A stretch of DNA of 64,000 bases from a bacterium (GTDB taxonomy: Bacteria > Patescibacteriota > Minisyncoccia > Phycocordibacterales > Phycocordibacteraceae), in assembly GCA_021802705.1 (NCBI GenBank), contig JAJZRL010000002.1, positions 25,913 through 89,912 on the forward strand, in the 5' to 3' direction. Every line of letters begins with the position of its first letter. Positions within the stretch are counted from its first letter, which is position 1. The notes below the pieces were generated by a model. It was not told the DNA's origin, ran no database searches, and was given only the letters and a program-made list of their open reading frames with translations. Shown here piece after piece: positions 37,297 to 45,509 of the stretch. Position numbers and translations under genes: made by a program.

Positions 37297-37411
37297 GGAC
37301 TCCTCGCTGCAGCATTTTGATAAACAGCAGTTGTTGCGCCATTTTATCCATATAATTTCGGTCTTGAAGTAGGTTTTTAGTTGCCTCATACTCGGGACAC
37401 CAAACAAGCGT

Positions 37412-38104
37412 TCAGATCGAGAGCGCGAATCTTTCAAGCGCGTCGCCAAAGTTGACACCCGTACGACGGGCGTGTCGCGTAAGTTCGATAAGCGCGACGG
37501 AAAGGGCGCGCGCTTCTTCCGGCTTCCAGGTGCGACTACCATTCTCCATAAGGTCGCGCGCCTTCCAATGAAGAAGCCCGTGGATCATTTCCGGAGCGTC
37601 ACCCGCGCGGAGCGCTCGCACCACCTCAAGCCATAGCCTCTTGCTATCCCGCGCGGCAAGCGCATTTACGAGCGCGCTATTGAAACCGCGGCTGTAAGGA
37701 AGCGCGGAAACGTTAAACACGTAGGTTTTCGCGGCCCGTGTTTCGATCTTCCTCGCTTTTGCGGCGGGAAGCTCAGGCGCAAGTATGATAATCGCGTTAT
37801 CGGATTCGGCGAGCAGGTCAAGGTGTTCTTCGAGGATGTTTTCTGAGCCTCCTTCCTCCCCTTCTTCGCGGGGCTTCTCGTTCCTTTTTTGAAGAGATGA
37901 GAACGGATCATCGATAAGTATGAGAAGCCGCCTCACGAACAGGCCGCCGGAATACGCGATGTCCTCAAGGACCGGCGTGGAAAGCTCGTCGCGCAAAAGA
38001 TGCCGATACGCGAGTCCGGGTTCCTTTTCCCGCGCTTTTGCGATCCATTCAAACGCTTTCGCCCGTACCTTGTCGCCGTCGGTGCCGTGGAAAAGGTACA
38101 TCAT
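37412..38104 (-). CDS. holA: DNA polymerase III delta subunit-like protein (short HolA)
   Basis: MYLFHGTD, GGLF..RLLILIDD, F...ALVNAL..RD, LERFALS; coupled to polA. Confidence 0.65.
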   Translation of the reverse strand: MMYLFHGTDGDKVRAKAFEWIAKAREKEPGLAYRHLLRDELSTPVLEDIAYSGGLFVRRLLILIDDPFSSLQKRNEKPREEGEEGGSENILEEHLDLLAESDNAIIILAPELPAAKARKIETRAAKTYVFNVSALPYSRGFNSALVNALAARDSKRLWLEVVRALRAGDAPEMIHGLLHWKARDLMENGSRTWKPEEARALSVALIELTRHARRTGVNFGDALERFALSI

Positions 38105-40476
38105 ATCGGATGCATGTCGCCCCAATCGGAGCCGGCCTTCATCGAAGCGAGGACGGGGACGCCGTGCGTTTCTTTTCCGGACAAGACCGACTCCATGATC
38201 GCTCGTATCCGGGGTCCGAGGGTGCGGATGTGGCGGTCGCGTATCTCGTACACGAGCTCGTCATGCACCTGTAACAGCAGATGGGCGTCCCCGCGGAAGC
38301 CGTCCCGTTCAAGCATCGTATCGACATGAACCATGGCGAGCTTAATGATATCCGCTTGCGTGCCCTGTAAGGGCGCATTCACCGCCGTTCGTTCCGCCTG
38401 CGCCCGCACGTATGGCAAGGATGACTTCATCTCAGGAAACTGCCGCCGCCGCCCGAAGAGCGTTTCGGTGTAGCCGTACGTTCTCGCGAAACCTTTCGTT
38501 TTTTCAAGATATTCGGAAAGCGTCTTGAATTGGCCGAAATATTCGTCATAAAAAGAGTGGGCTTCGGCGGTTGTCGTGCCGAGTTGCGCCCGAAGGGCGT
38601 TCACCCCCATGCCGTACAGTATGCCGAAATTGATGACTTTCGCCCGCCGGCGCATTTCCTGGTCAACATCCCCGGGATCGACATGGAATACCCGCGCAGC
38701 GACTTCCTGATGCACGTCGCGGCCGGTCCTGAAGATTTCGCACAACCGCTCATCGCCCGAAAGGATGGCTGCGAGCCGCAGCTCTATCTGCGAATAATCA
38801 AGCGCGACGAGGGTGAACTGTGGTGAGGCAATGAACGCGTGGCGGATGGCCTGGCCGCGCTTGGAGTGGAGCGGGACATTCTGAAGATTCGGATTCTGAC
38901 TCGCCATACGTCCGGTCGTCGTGCCGGTTTGAAGGAACTCGGCATGCAACCGATGCCCAGCATCGAGCATGGGCGGGAGATTCTCGATATAGGTCGAAAG
39001 AAGTTTTTTCAGCTCTCGGTATTCGAGAATATCCCCGACGATCGGGTGCCGGTCGCGTATCTTCTCAAGCTCGCTCTCGCGCGTCGAGCGTGCGCCGCCC
39101 GCTGTCTTTTTCTGCCGTCCGGAAACAAGCGCGAGCTCATCAAACAATACTTCGCCGAGCTGTTTGGGAGAACTTATATTGAATGTCCGTCCGGCGGCGG
39201 CATGGATGCGCTTCTCAAGCTGAGAAAGCTCCGCGCGATACGTTACGGCAAGATCGGTAAGAACATCAGTGTCAACGAGAATACCCCGCTCTTCCATCGC
39301 GCGAACGATGGGAATGAGCGGCCGTTCTATCTGTTCGTAAACATCGTGCACCCTTCCGAGAGCCTTGAGCTGGCGCTCGAGCGTATCGTAGGCCGCCGCA
39401 AAAGAACGCTCTTTCGTAAACGCAAGGATGTCATCGAGCGAAGGGTTCGTGAATTCGGAAGAAATAAGCCACAGCATGACGGCCGCCTCGGCAAGCTGTG
39501 CGGAAGGTACGGCCTCAAGCGGTTCGTTCTCGCGCGCCGGAGGATCTGCCCGCTCCCCCAGGACCGTTCGAGCCCGTTCGCGCAGAGATCGGAATCCAAG
39601 CTCGTCAAAAAGCCGGAAGACGTCCGCACTGTCGACCCCCTCCTTCCATGAAGTTTTTGGCAGAGCGAAAGCGATCGGAGCGTCAAGCCGTATGGTTGCG
39701 AGCGCCTTGGAGAAACGCGCCTCTTCCTCATGCTCCTTAAGGAGTGTGCGAGCGCGCGGTTTAACGCCCTTTACATCGAAAACGGCTTCATCCTTTGCAA
39801 GGAGAGCGTAGATATCATCGATCGAGCCGAAGTTCGCCACAAGCGCGGTCGCGGTCTTCTCTCCGATACCGGGAACGCCCTTTATGTTGTCGGAAGGGTC
39901 GCCTCGAAGCCCTTTCCAATCGGGAATGAGCGCGGGAGAAAATCCGAAACGGGCACGCACCGCGGATTCATCGTAAAGAATGGTGTCGTTAATGCCTTTT
40001 TTCAGAGTGTAGACACGAACACGTTTTCCGTCGACAAGCTGAAGCGTGTCCATGTCGCCTGAAGCGATGATAACCTCTACTCCGGATTCATTTCGCAATT
40101 CATGAGCGATAGTGCCGAGGAGGTCGTCGGCTTCAAAACCCTCCCGTTCGTAGATCGGGATCCCGAACGCCTTAAAGATATCGCGCGATCCCTGCAGCTG
40201 CACGGCAAGGGCGTCATCGGTCTTCGCGCGCGTCGCCTTGTAGCCGCTGTACGCTTCGTGACGGATGGTCGGCTTCGGCAGGTCATAGCAAGCGACGATA
40301 TAGTCGGGAGAAAGGTCTGAGATTATCTTAAGCAGCATGGAAACAAGCCCGTAGAGAGCCCCGGTAGGCGCCCCGGAGGGGCTGGTGAACTCCGGCAGCG
40401 CATGGTATGCGCGATGGATGATCGCGTGCGCGTCAAGGAGGACGATTCGTTTTTTTTGCCGGCTTGATTCAGGCAT
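38101..40476 (-). CDS. polA: DNA polymerase I (5'-3' exonuclease + polymerase; 3'-5' exonuclease region largely absent)
   Basis: LLDAHAIIHRAYHA, EADD, GDPSDNIKGVPGIGEKTA, DYSQIELR, RRRAKVINFGILYG, QVHDEL. Confidence 0.95.
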   Translation of the reverse strand: MPESSRQKKRIVLLDAHAIIHRAYHALPEFTSPSGAPTGALYGLVSMLLKIISDLSPDYIVACYDLPKPTIRHEAYSGYKATRAKTDDALAVQLQGSRDIFKAFGIPIYEREGFEADDLLGTIAHELRNESGVEVIIASGDMDTLQLVDGKRVRVYTLKKGINDTILYDESAVRARFGFSPALIPDWKGLRGDPSDNIKGVPGIGEKTATALVANFGSIDDIYALLAKDEAVFDVKGVKPRARTLLKEHEEEARFSKALATIRLDAPIAFALPKTSWKEGVDSADVFRLFDELGFRSLRERARTVLGERADPPARENEPLEAVPSAQLAEAAVMLWLISSEFTNPSLDDILAFTKERSFAAAYDTLERQLKALGRVHDVYEQIERPLIPIVRAMEERGILVDTDVLTDLAVTYRAELSQLEKRIHAAAGRTFNISSPKQLGEVLFDELALVSGRQKKTAGGARSTRESELEKIRDRHPIVGDILEYRELKKLLSTYIENLPPMLDAGHRLHAEFLQTGTTTGRMASQNPNLQNVPLHSKRGQAIRHAFIASPQFTLVALDYSQIELRLAAILSGDERLCEIFRTGRDVHQEVAARVFHVDPGDVDQEMRRRAKVINFGILYGMGVNALRAQLGTTTAEAHSFYDEYFGQFKTLSEYLEKTKGFARTYGYTETLFGRRRQFPEMKSSLPYVRAQAERTAVNAPLQGTQADIIKLAMVHVDTMLERDGFRGDAHLLLQVHDELVYEIRDRHIRTLGPRIRAIMESVLSGKETHGVPVLASMKAGSDWGDMHPI

Positions 40477-40909
40477 ACGATAGTTCGCGAGAACCGTCGG
40501 TGCACGCTTTGAGAGAGATGCGGACAGCCTCACGGGGGAGTGCCGCCGAGACTTTCTCCGGCCACTCGAACAAGACGAGGTTGCGTTCGTCTTTCATAAT
40601 CTCGTCAAAACCGATCGGGCCAAGCTCATCGGCGCCCTCGAGCCGGTAAGCGTCTATATGGACGAGGCGCCTGAACGGACAGGTCGACGGGAGCGCGTAT
40701 ATTTTCTCGAGGACGAACGTCGGGCTGTTCACCACGTCTTTGACGCCAAGCGCTCCCGCAACGGCCTTTGTAAAGGCGGTCTTTCCGGCACCGAGCTCTC
40801 CTGAAAGGAGCACGAGCGTCGCGGTACCATCCGTGTGCGGACGCAGATTGTGCGCGAATTCTTCGGCTTCGCGCTCAAGCTCTTTCAGGTTCGCGATTTT
40901 CTTATCCAC
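40469..40909 (-). CDS. tsaE: tRNA threonylcarbamoyladenosine biosynthesis ATPase TsaE
   Basis: GELGAGKT, VNSPTF, HIDAYRL, FEW; GTG start inferred. Confidence 0.92.
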   Translation of the reverse strand: MDKKIANLKELEREAEEFAHNLRPHTDGTATLVLLSGELGAGKTAFTKAVAGALGVKDVVNSPTFVLEKIYALPSTCPFRRLVHIDAYRLEGADELGPIGFDEIMKDERNLVLFEWPEKVSAALPREAVRISLKACTDGSRELSYA

Positions 40910-40931
40910 GAGGTAATTGTACAACCGAATG

Positions 40932-40963
40932 GAAAATGCGCCCGCTTTTACAAAGCGGGCGCA
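40932..40963 (-). terminator. Intrinsic terminator of the small lipoprotein gene
   Basis: atgcgcccgcttt/aaagcgggcgcat stem with T-run on the minus strand. Confidence 0.7.
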
Positions 40964-40968
40964 TGAAA

Positions 40969-41202
40969 CTAGCGGTGCCAATAAAAGAACGACCACGACT
41001 GCGGATAGAAAGGGCTCTGGCGAAAGAGAATTGGGGGTTGCGCATAAACGGGCGGCGCATAGACCGATCGACAGAACCATCCGCTTTCATCACAAACCTT
41101 CGCAGAGGATGCCGGTATCCCGGTATACGGCTGCTCGTAGGTCGGATACTCGGCACAACCCGCAAGGGGAAACAACAAAAGGGCAAAAACGATCTTTCTC
41201 AC
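40969..41202 (-). CDS. Small putative lipoprotein
   Basis: MRKIVFALLLFPLAGC lipobox; AAGGAGG SD; Pro/Tyr-rich. Confidence 0.65.
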   Translation of the reverse strand: MRKIVFALLLFPLAGCAEYPTYEQPYTGIPASSAKVCDESGWFCRSVYAPPVYAQPPILFRQSPFYPQSWSFFYWHR

Positions 41203-41313
41203 GATGAACCTCCTTTTGGCTGGCGGATATTTCTCTTTACATTATAGCATAAATATTATAAAATAGTCAAGTCTCTCCGCCGCCCTGCGCGAGCTGATGG
41301 TATGATGTTTCGC

Positions 41314-42981
41314 ATGGATTTGCCTTTCGATACCGAACACGAGACCGCAAAGCTCGCCGAAATACGCGAACGGGAGGAAGAGGATCTTACGCGCATCCTC
41401 TCCCAAAAATACGGGCTGCCTTACAACGACCTTTCTCTCAACAAAATCGACGCCGACGCGCTCCGCACGATCCCTGAAGAGAAGGCGCGAACGGCCGAGG
41501 CGGCGGCATTCGACCGTGTTGCGAAGACGATCTCGCTTGCCATCCATAATCCGAGCAACGCGGCGCTCGCGGAACTTCGCCATGATATGGCCCAACGCGG
41601 CTTTAAGGTGCAAGAATTCTTGGTTTCGAAGAAAAGCCTTGATAAGGCGTTTTCTTATTATCGCGATCTTTCTTTTGCAACCGAATCGAAGGTGGGGATG
41701 TTCGTCGTTACGAAAGCCGCGCTCGACGAATTTTTAAAAGAAGAGAATCCGCGGCCGCTTTTTACCAAAAAACTCGATGCCGATGTCGTCTCAAAATCCC
41801 TGGAGCACATCTCTCACCTTTTCGAGACGATCCTTGTCGGGTCGTTCGCCCTCCGCGCTTCCGATATCCATCTCGAACCGGAAGAGTCGGGCACCCGTTT
41901 GCGTCTTCGGATCGACGGGCTCCTCACCGAGATCCATTCGTTCGACCTCAAGACGTACCAACAGCTCAATTCGCGCATCAAACTTCTCTCGGGCGTGAAA
42001 CTCAACGTCGAGAATCGCGCGCAAGACGGACGTTTTAGCGTTTCGCGTGAAGGGAGCGAGATCGAGATACGCGCATCTTTCATTCCCGGAAACTATGGCG
42101 AATCCATCGTCTTGCGTATCCTTGATCCTGAAACGACGATGACTTCTTATAAAGAGCTCGGTATAGGCCAGAAGCTTCTTGCGCGCCTCGAAAAGGAGAT
42201 CAGGCGGCCAAACGGCATGCTCCTCACCACCGGACCGACCGGAAGCGGGAAAACGACGACGCTCTACTCGTTTCTTCGCGAGATCTATACGCCAGAAATA
42301 AAAATCATCACGATCGAGGATCCGATCGAGTATCACTTGAGCGGCATCGTACAAACGCAGGTCGAGGAAAAGAAGTTCACGTTTGCCGAGGGGCTTCGTT
42401 CCATCGTCCGACAGGACCCGGACGTCATCATGGTCGGCGAGATCCGCGACGGCGACACCGCCGGTATCGCTATCCAAGCGGCGCTCACCGGCCACCTCGT
42501 GCTCTCAACGCTCCACACGAATGATGCCGCCGGAACATTCCCGCGCCTCGTTGATCTCGGCATCGACCCGAAATCCTTCGGGTCGGCGGTCACGGTCGCG
42601 ATGGCTCAGCGTCTCGTCCGTCGCCTCGATCCCGAAAAGAAAAAGGAACGCCCGCTCACCGACGAGGAGAAGGCGATGATCGCGCGGACATTCGCATCGC
42701 TCGCCGACCAGACGCTCGCTCCGCAAAAAATAGAGACCGTATGGGAACCCGTTCCGGCCCACGAAGGCGAGACGGGATACAAGGGCCGCATCGGCTTATA
42801 TGAAGCCATCTTCATGGACGACGATCTCGCGCTTTTCTTGCGAGACAACCCGCCCGCAAATGAGATAGTGAAGCACGCCGCGCGACAGGGATATCTCACC
42901 ATGGCGCAAGACGGCCTTCTCAAGGCGCTCGCCGGTATCACATCCCTTTCCGAAGTTGCGGCTACCGTCAATCTCGCATAG
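41314..42981 (+). CDS. pilB: Type IV pilus / T2SS assembly ATPase PilB/GspE
   Basis: ASDIHLEP, QDGRF, GPTGSGKTTTLY, TIEDPIEY, RQDPDVIMVGEIRD, TGHLVLSTLHTN; tetracysteine zinc motif absent. Confidence 0.9.
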   Translation: MDLPFDTEHETAKLAEIREREEEDLTRILSQKYGLPYNDLSLNKIDADALRTIPEEKARTAEAAAFDRVAKTISLAIHNPSNAALAELRHDMAQRGFKVQEFLVSKKSLDKAFSYYRDLSFATESKVGMFVVTKAALDEFLKEENPRPLFTKKLDADVVSKSLEHISHLFETILVGSFALRASDIHLEPEESGTRLRLRIDGLLTEIHSFDLKTYQQLNSRIKLLSGVKLNVENRAQDGRFSVSREGSEIEIRASFIPGNYGESIVLRILDPETTMTSYKELGIGQKLLARLEKEIRRPNGMLLTTGPTGSGKTTTLYSFLREIYTPEIKIITIEDPIEYHLSGIVQTQVEEKKFTFAEGLRSIVRQDPDVIMVGEIRDGDTAGIAIQAALTGHLVLSTLHTNDAAGTFPRLVDLGIDPKSFGSAVTVAMAQRLVRRLDPEKKKERPLTDEEKAMIARTFASLADQTLAPQKIETVWEPVPAHEGETGYKGRIGLYEAIFMDDDLALFLRDNPPANEIVKHAARQGYLTMAQDGLLKALAGITSLSEVAATVNLA

Positions 42982-43013
42982 CAAAACCGCGGGGTCTGAC
43001 CCCGCGGTTTTGC
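42981..43013. terminator. Bidirectional terminator-like hairpin
   Basis: gcaaaaccgcggggtc-t-gaccccgcggttttgc. Confidence 0.75.
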
Positions 43014-43020
43014 ATACGCC

Positions 43021-43189
43021 CGTTCCCATGCATGCTCCTCTAGGCAGAACCCGCGATAAAGCGGGGTGGACAAAACACCTGAGGAGATTCCCAGCCCGTC
43101 ATGCAAGATGACGAACCAGAAAGTCCTTGGGGAGTCGCCTCAAAGCCGTCAAGCCTTGCCCAGAGGAGTATGAACAGGAACCGGGAACG
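43021..43189. ncRNA. Candidate 6S-like RNA (long irregular rod)
   Basis: Nested pairings cgttccc/gggaacg, catgctcctct/agaggagtatg, tgagg/cctca, gattccc/gggagtc, cgtcat/atgacg; minus-strand TGcTAACAT box and downstream terminator. Confidence 0.55.
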
Positions 43190-43219
43190 TGTGGTAACAT
43201 GTTAGCATACGCTAAACCT

Positions 43220-44200
43220 ATGTCAACCCCCCCACCAAAACCAGAGGCGGTTCCAGCAGCGCTTGATGCGGCACTACGCCCTGTCACATGGGAGGACTAT
43301 ACCGGACAAAAGCAGGTGAAAGCGAGCGTCCGCATCGCGATCGATGCCGCAAAGATGCGGGGAGGGATGCCCGAGCATATCCTTTTTTACGGTCCGCCGG
43401 GCGTCGGAAAAACGACTCTCGCTCACCTGATCGCCCATACGCTCGAATCTCCGCTTAAGAACACTTCCGGCGTTGCCATCGAGCGCGCCGGGGATCTTGC
43501 GGCGATACTCACCAACCTCGAGCCGAACACGGTCCTTTTCATCGACGAGATCCATAGGCTTTCAAGGAAGATAGAGGAGCTCTTGTATCCGGCTCTTGAA
43601 TCAGGCCATCTTGATATCGTTCTTGGGAAAGGTCCTTCGGCACGAACGATCGAACTCGCCTTGCCGCCGTTTACGCTCGTGGGAGCGACGACCCGTATCG
43701 CGGAACTCTCCGGCCCCCTGCGCTCGCGTTTTGGAGGAGGTATCTATCAGCTTGATTTCTACAGCGAGCAAGACCTGTGCGACATCATACGGCGCTCGGC
43801 GCTGCTCCTTAACCTCTCGGCGCCGGACGAGGTCATCCTCTGCGTTGCGGCGCGAAGCCGCGCGACGCCGCGCATCGCGAACGCGCTCCTGAAGCGCATC
43901 CGCGATTTCTCCGAAGTACACGGGCGAGCGCTCTCGGCAGACGTCTGCGAAGAAGCCTGCGCGCTTTTCGGGATCGATAAGCTCGGTCTCACGAAGGATG
44001 ATCGACGGTATCTTCTGACTCTCGCAAACGGATTCCATGGGGGACCGGCCGGCGTCCGTTCCCTTGCGGCCGCTCTTCATGAGGAGCCGGACACGATCGA
44101 ATACGTGTATGAGCCGTATCTGCTCCGGCTCGGTTTTGTCGAACGTTCCACCCGCGGCCGCGTGCTTACGCCGAACGGCCGCGCATACCTTCAACAGTAA
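43220..44200 (+). CDS. ruvB: Holliday junction branch migration helicase RuvB
   Basis: LRP..W.DY.GQ, GPPGVGKTTLA, FIDEIHRL, FTLVGATTR, PRIANALLKR, EPYL, RGR. Confidence 0.96.
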   Translation: MSTPPPKPEAVPAALDAALRPVTWEDYTGQKQVKASVRIAIDAAKMRGGMPEHILFYGPPGVGKTTLAHLIAHTLESPLKNTSGVAIERAGDLAAILTNLEPNTVLFIDEIHRLSRKIEELLYPALESGHLDIVLGKGPSARTIELALPPFTLVGATTRIAELSGPLRSRFGGGIYQLDFYSEQDLCDIIRRSALLLNLSAPDEVILCVAARSRATPRIANALLKRIRDFSEVHGRALSADVCEEACALFGIDKLGLTKDDRRYLLTLANGFHGGPAGVRSLAAALHEEPDTIEYVYEPYLLRLGFVERSTRGRVLTPNGRAYLQQ

Positions 44201-44242
44201 GGCTGTTTTGTTCCCTTCCCCTTGTTTTGTTATAGTGCCGTT

Positions 44243-44800
44243 ATGTCAGGACACAGCAAATGGGCGCAAATTAAACGGCAAAAGGCTGTGACCGATGCGG
44301 CAAAAAGCCGTATATTCTCGCGTTATGCGCGGCTTATCGCGGTCGAATCGAAGAAAGCAAACGGGGTGCTCTCGGCACCCGGCCTTTCCGTTGCCATTGC
44401 GCGCGCAAAATCAGAGAACATGCCGAAAGAGAATATCGAGCGTGCTATCGCAAAAGGCCTATCAAAAGATGCTGGCAATCTGGAACAGATCGTGTATGAA
44501 GCGTATGGACCGGGCGGCGCTGCGCTTCTCATCGAGGCGCTGAGCGACAATAAGAATCGCACGACGCAAGAAGTGAAACACCTGCTCACAAAACACGGTG
44601 TCGAGCTGGCCGCTCCGGGGTCCGCGAGTTGGGCTTTTACAAAATCCCCCGATGGGACCTACGTGCCGAACGAGCCTTTGATGGAGGTTTCCGGCCATGA
44701 CGAAGAACATCTCGGCTCTATTCTCGAAGCGCTCGACGAACATGAGGATGTGCAACGGGTATTCAGCAACGCACGCGGTTATGAGAATACTAGCGATTGA
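44243..44800 (+). CDS. yebC: YebC/PmpR family protein (short form)
   Basis: MSGHSKWAQIKRQK, NMPKENIERAI, YEAYGPGG, DNKNRT. Confidence 0.93.
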   Translation: MSGHSKWAQIKRQKAVTDAAKSRIFSRYARLIAVESKKANGVLSAPGLSVAIARAKSENMPKENIERAIAKGLSKDAGNLEQIVYEAYGPGGAALLIEALSDNKNRTTQEVKHLLTKHGVELAAPGSASWAFTKSPDGTYVPNEPLMEVSGHDEEHLGSILEALDEHEDVQRVFSNARGYENTSD

Positions 44801-45245
44801 TCCGGGTTATGACAGGCTCGGTATAGCCGTAGTCGAGGGAGACTCGTCTCATCCGGTTCTTCTCTGGAGCGATTGCGTGATTCCCGAAAAAAAAACGAAA
44901 GAATCTCGGCTCGCCTGTATCGGGGCAGCCGTTTCGGCGGCGATTTCGTCCTACCTGCCCGACGCGCTCGCGATTGAAACGCTTTTTTTTAGCACGAACA
45001 AGAAAACCGCGCTCGGTGTCGCCGAGGCGCGCGGTGCGATACTTGCCGCTGCCGGAGCGACATCTCTCCCTGTCAAAGAATTTTCTCCGCAGGAAGTGAA
45101 GCTTGCCGTAACCGGCTATGGCAGTGCGACAAAATCCGCCATCGCGACCATGCTCCCCAGGCTTATCAAAATCGAAAAGAAGAAACGTCTTGACGACGAG
45201 CTCGATGCGATTGCAATCGGCATCACGGCGCTCGTAACCAAGTGA
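44781..45245 (+). CDS. ruvC: Crossover junction endodeoxyribonuclease RuvC
   Basis: ILAIDPG, AIETLFF, AEARG, VKLAVTGYGSATK, DDELDAIA. Confidence 0.94.
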   Translation: MRILAIDPGYDRLGIAVVEGDSSHPVLLWSDCVIPEKKTKESRLACIGAAVSAAISSYLPDALAIETLFFSTNKKTALGVAEARGAILAAAGATSLPVKEFSPQEVKLAVTGYGSATKSAIATMLPRLIKIEKKKRLDDELDAIAIGITALVTK

Positions 45246-45345
45246 GGGGCATAATCAACAGCGCAGAACAAAAGACGCTTGCATAGAATTATTTTTTTGT
45301 TCAAATATACCAGCCCCCTGAGGGTTAATTCTTTAATTCACGTGT

Positions 45346-45435
45346 ATGGATGATGAACGGTACGAGGAGCGTGATCTCGAACAGGATGACGATCTCGACA
45401 CTTTTGAAAACGCGGAAGACGAGGAATCGTTTTAG
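45346..45435 (+). CDS. Hyper-acidic 29-aa microprotein (below ORF-track cutoff)
   Basis: Hand translation MDDERYEERDLEQDDDLDTFENAEDEESF*; 16 of 29 residues D/E; AT-rich upstream region. Confidence 0.55.
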   Translation: MDDERYEERDLEQDDDLDTFENAEDEESF

Positions 45436-45509
45436 ATAAGCGTCTGTTTGCGGTGTTCATCCATACGCGGTTCCGCATTCGCGGAACCGCGTATGGTAGC
45501 ATGTATGCA

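Larger units (their letters stand above)
35355..37405. mobile_element. Low-GC islet at the 3' end of tRNA-Lys (no integrase visible)
   Basis: Abrupt AT enrichment right after the tRNA CCA; three orphan genes; host-like composition resumes at the holA-like gene. Confidence 0.6.

Noticed and set aside
38101-40476. PolA lacking a full proofreading domain as a novelty
   Set aside because: Loss or degeneration of the 3'-5' exonuclease is common in bacterial PolA
43021-43189. SRP RNA, RNase P RNA or tmRNA identity for this element
   Set aside because: Lacks the SRP domain IV motif, the RNase P P4 consensus and a tRNA-like end; too short for the latter two
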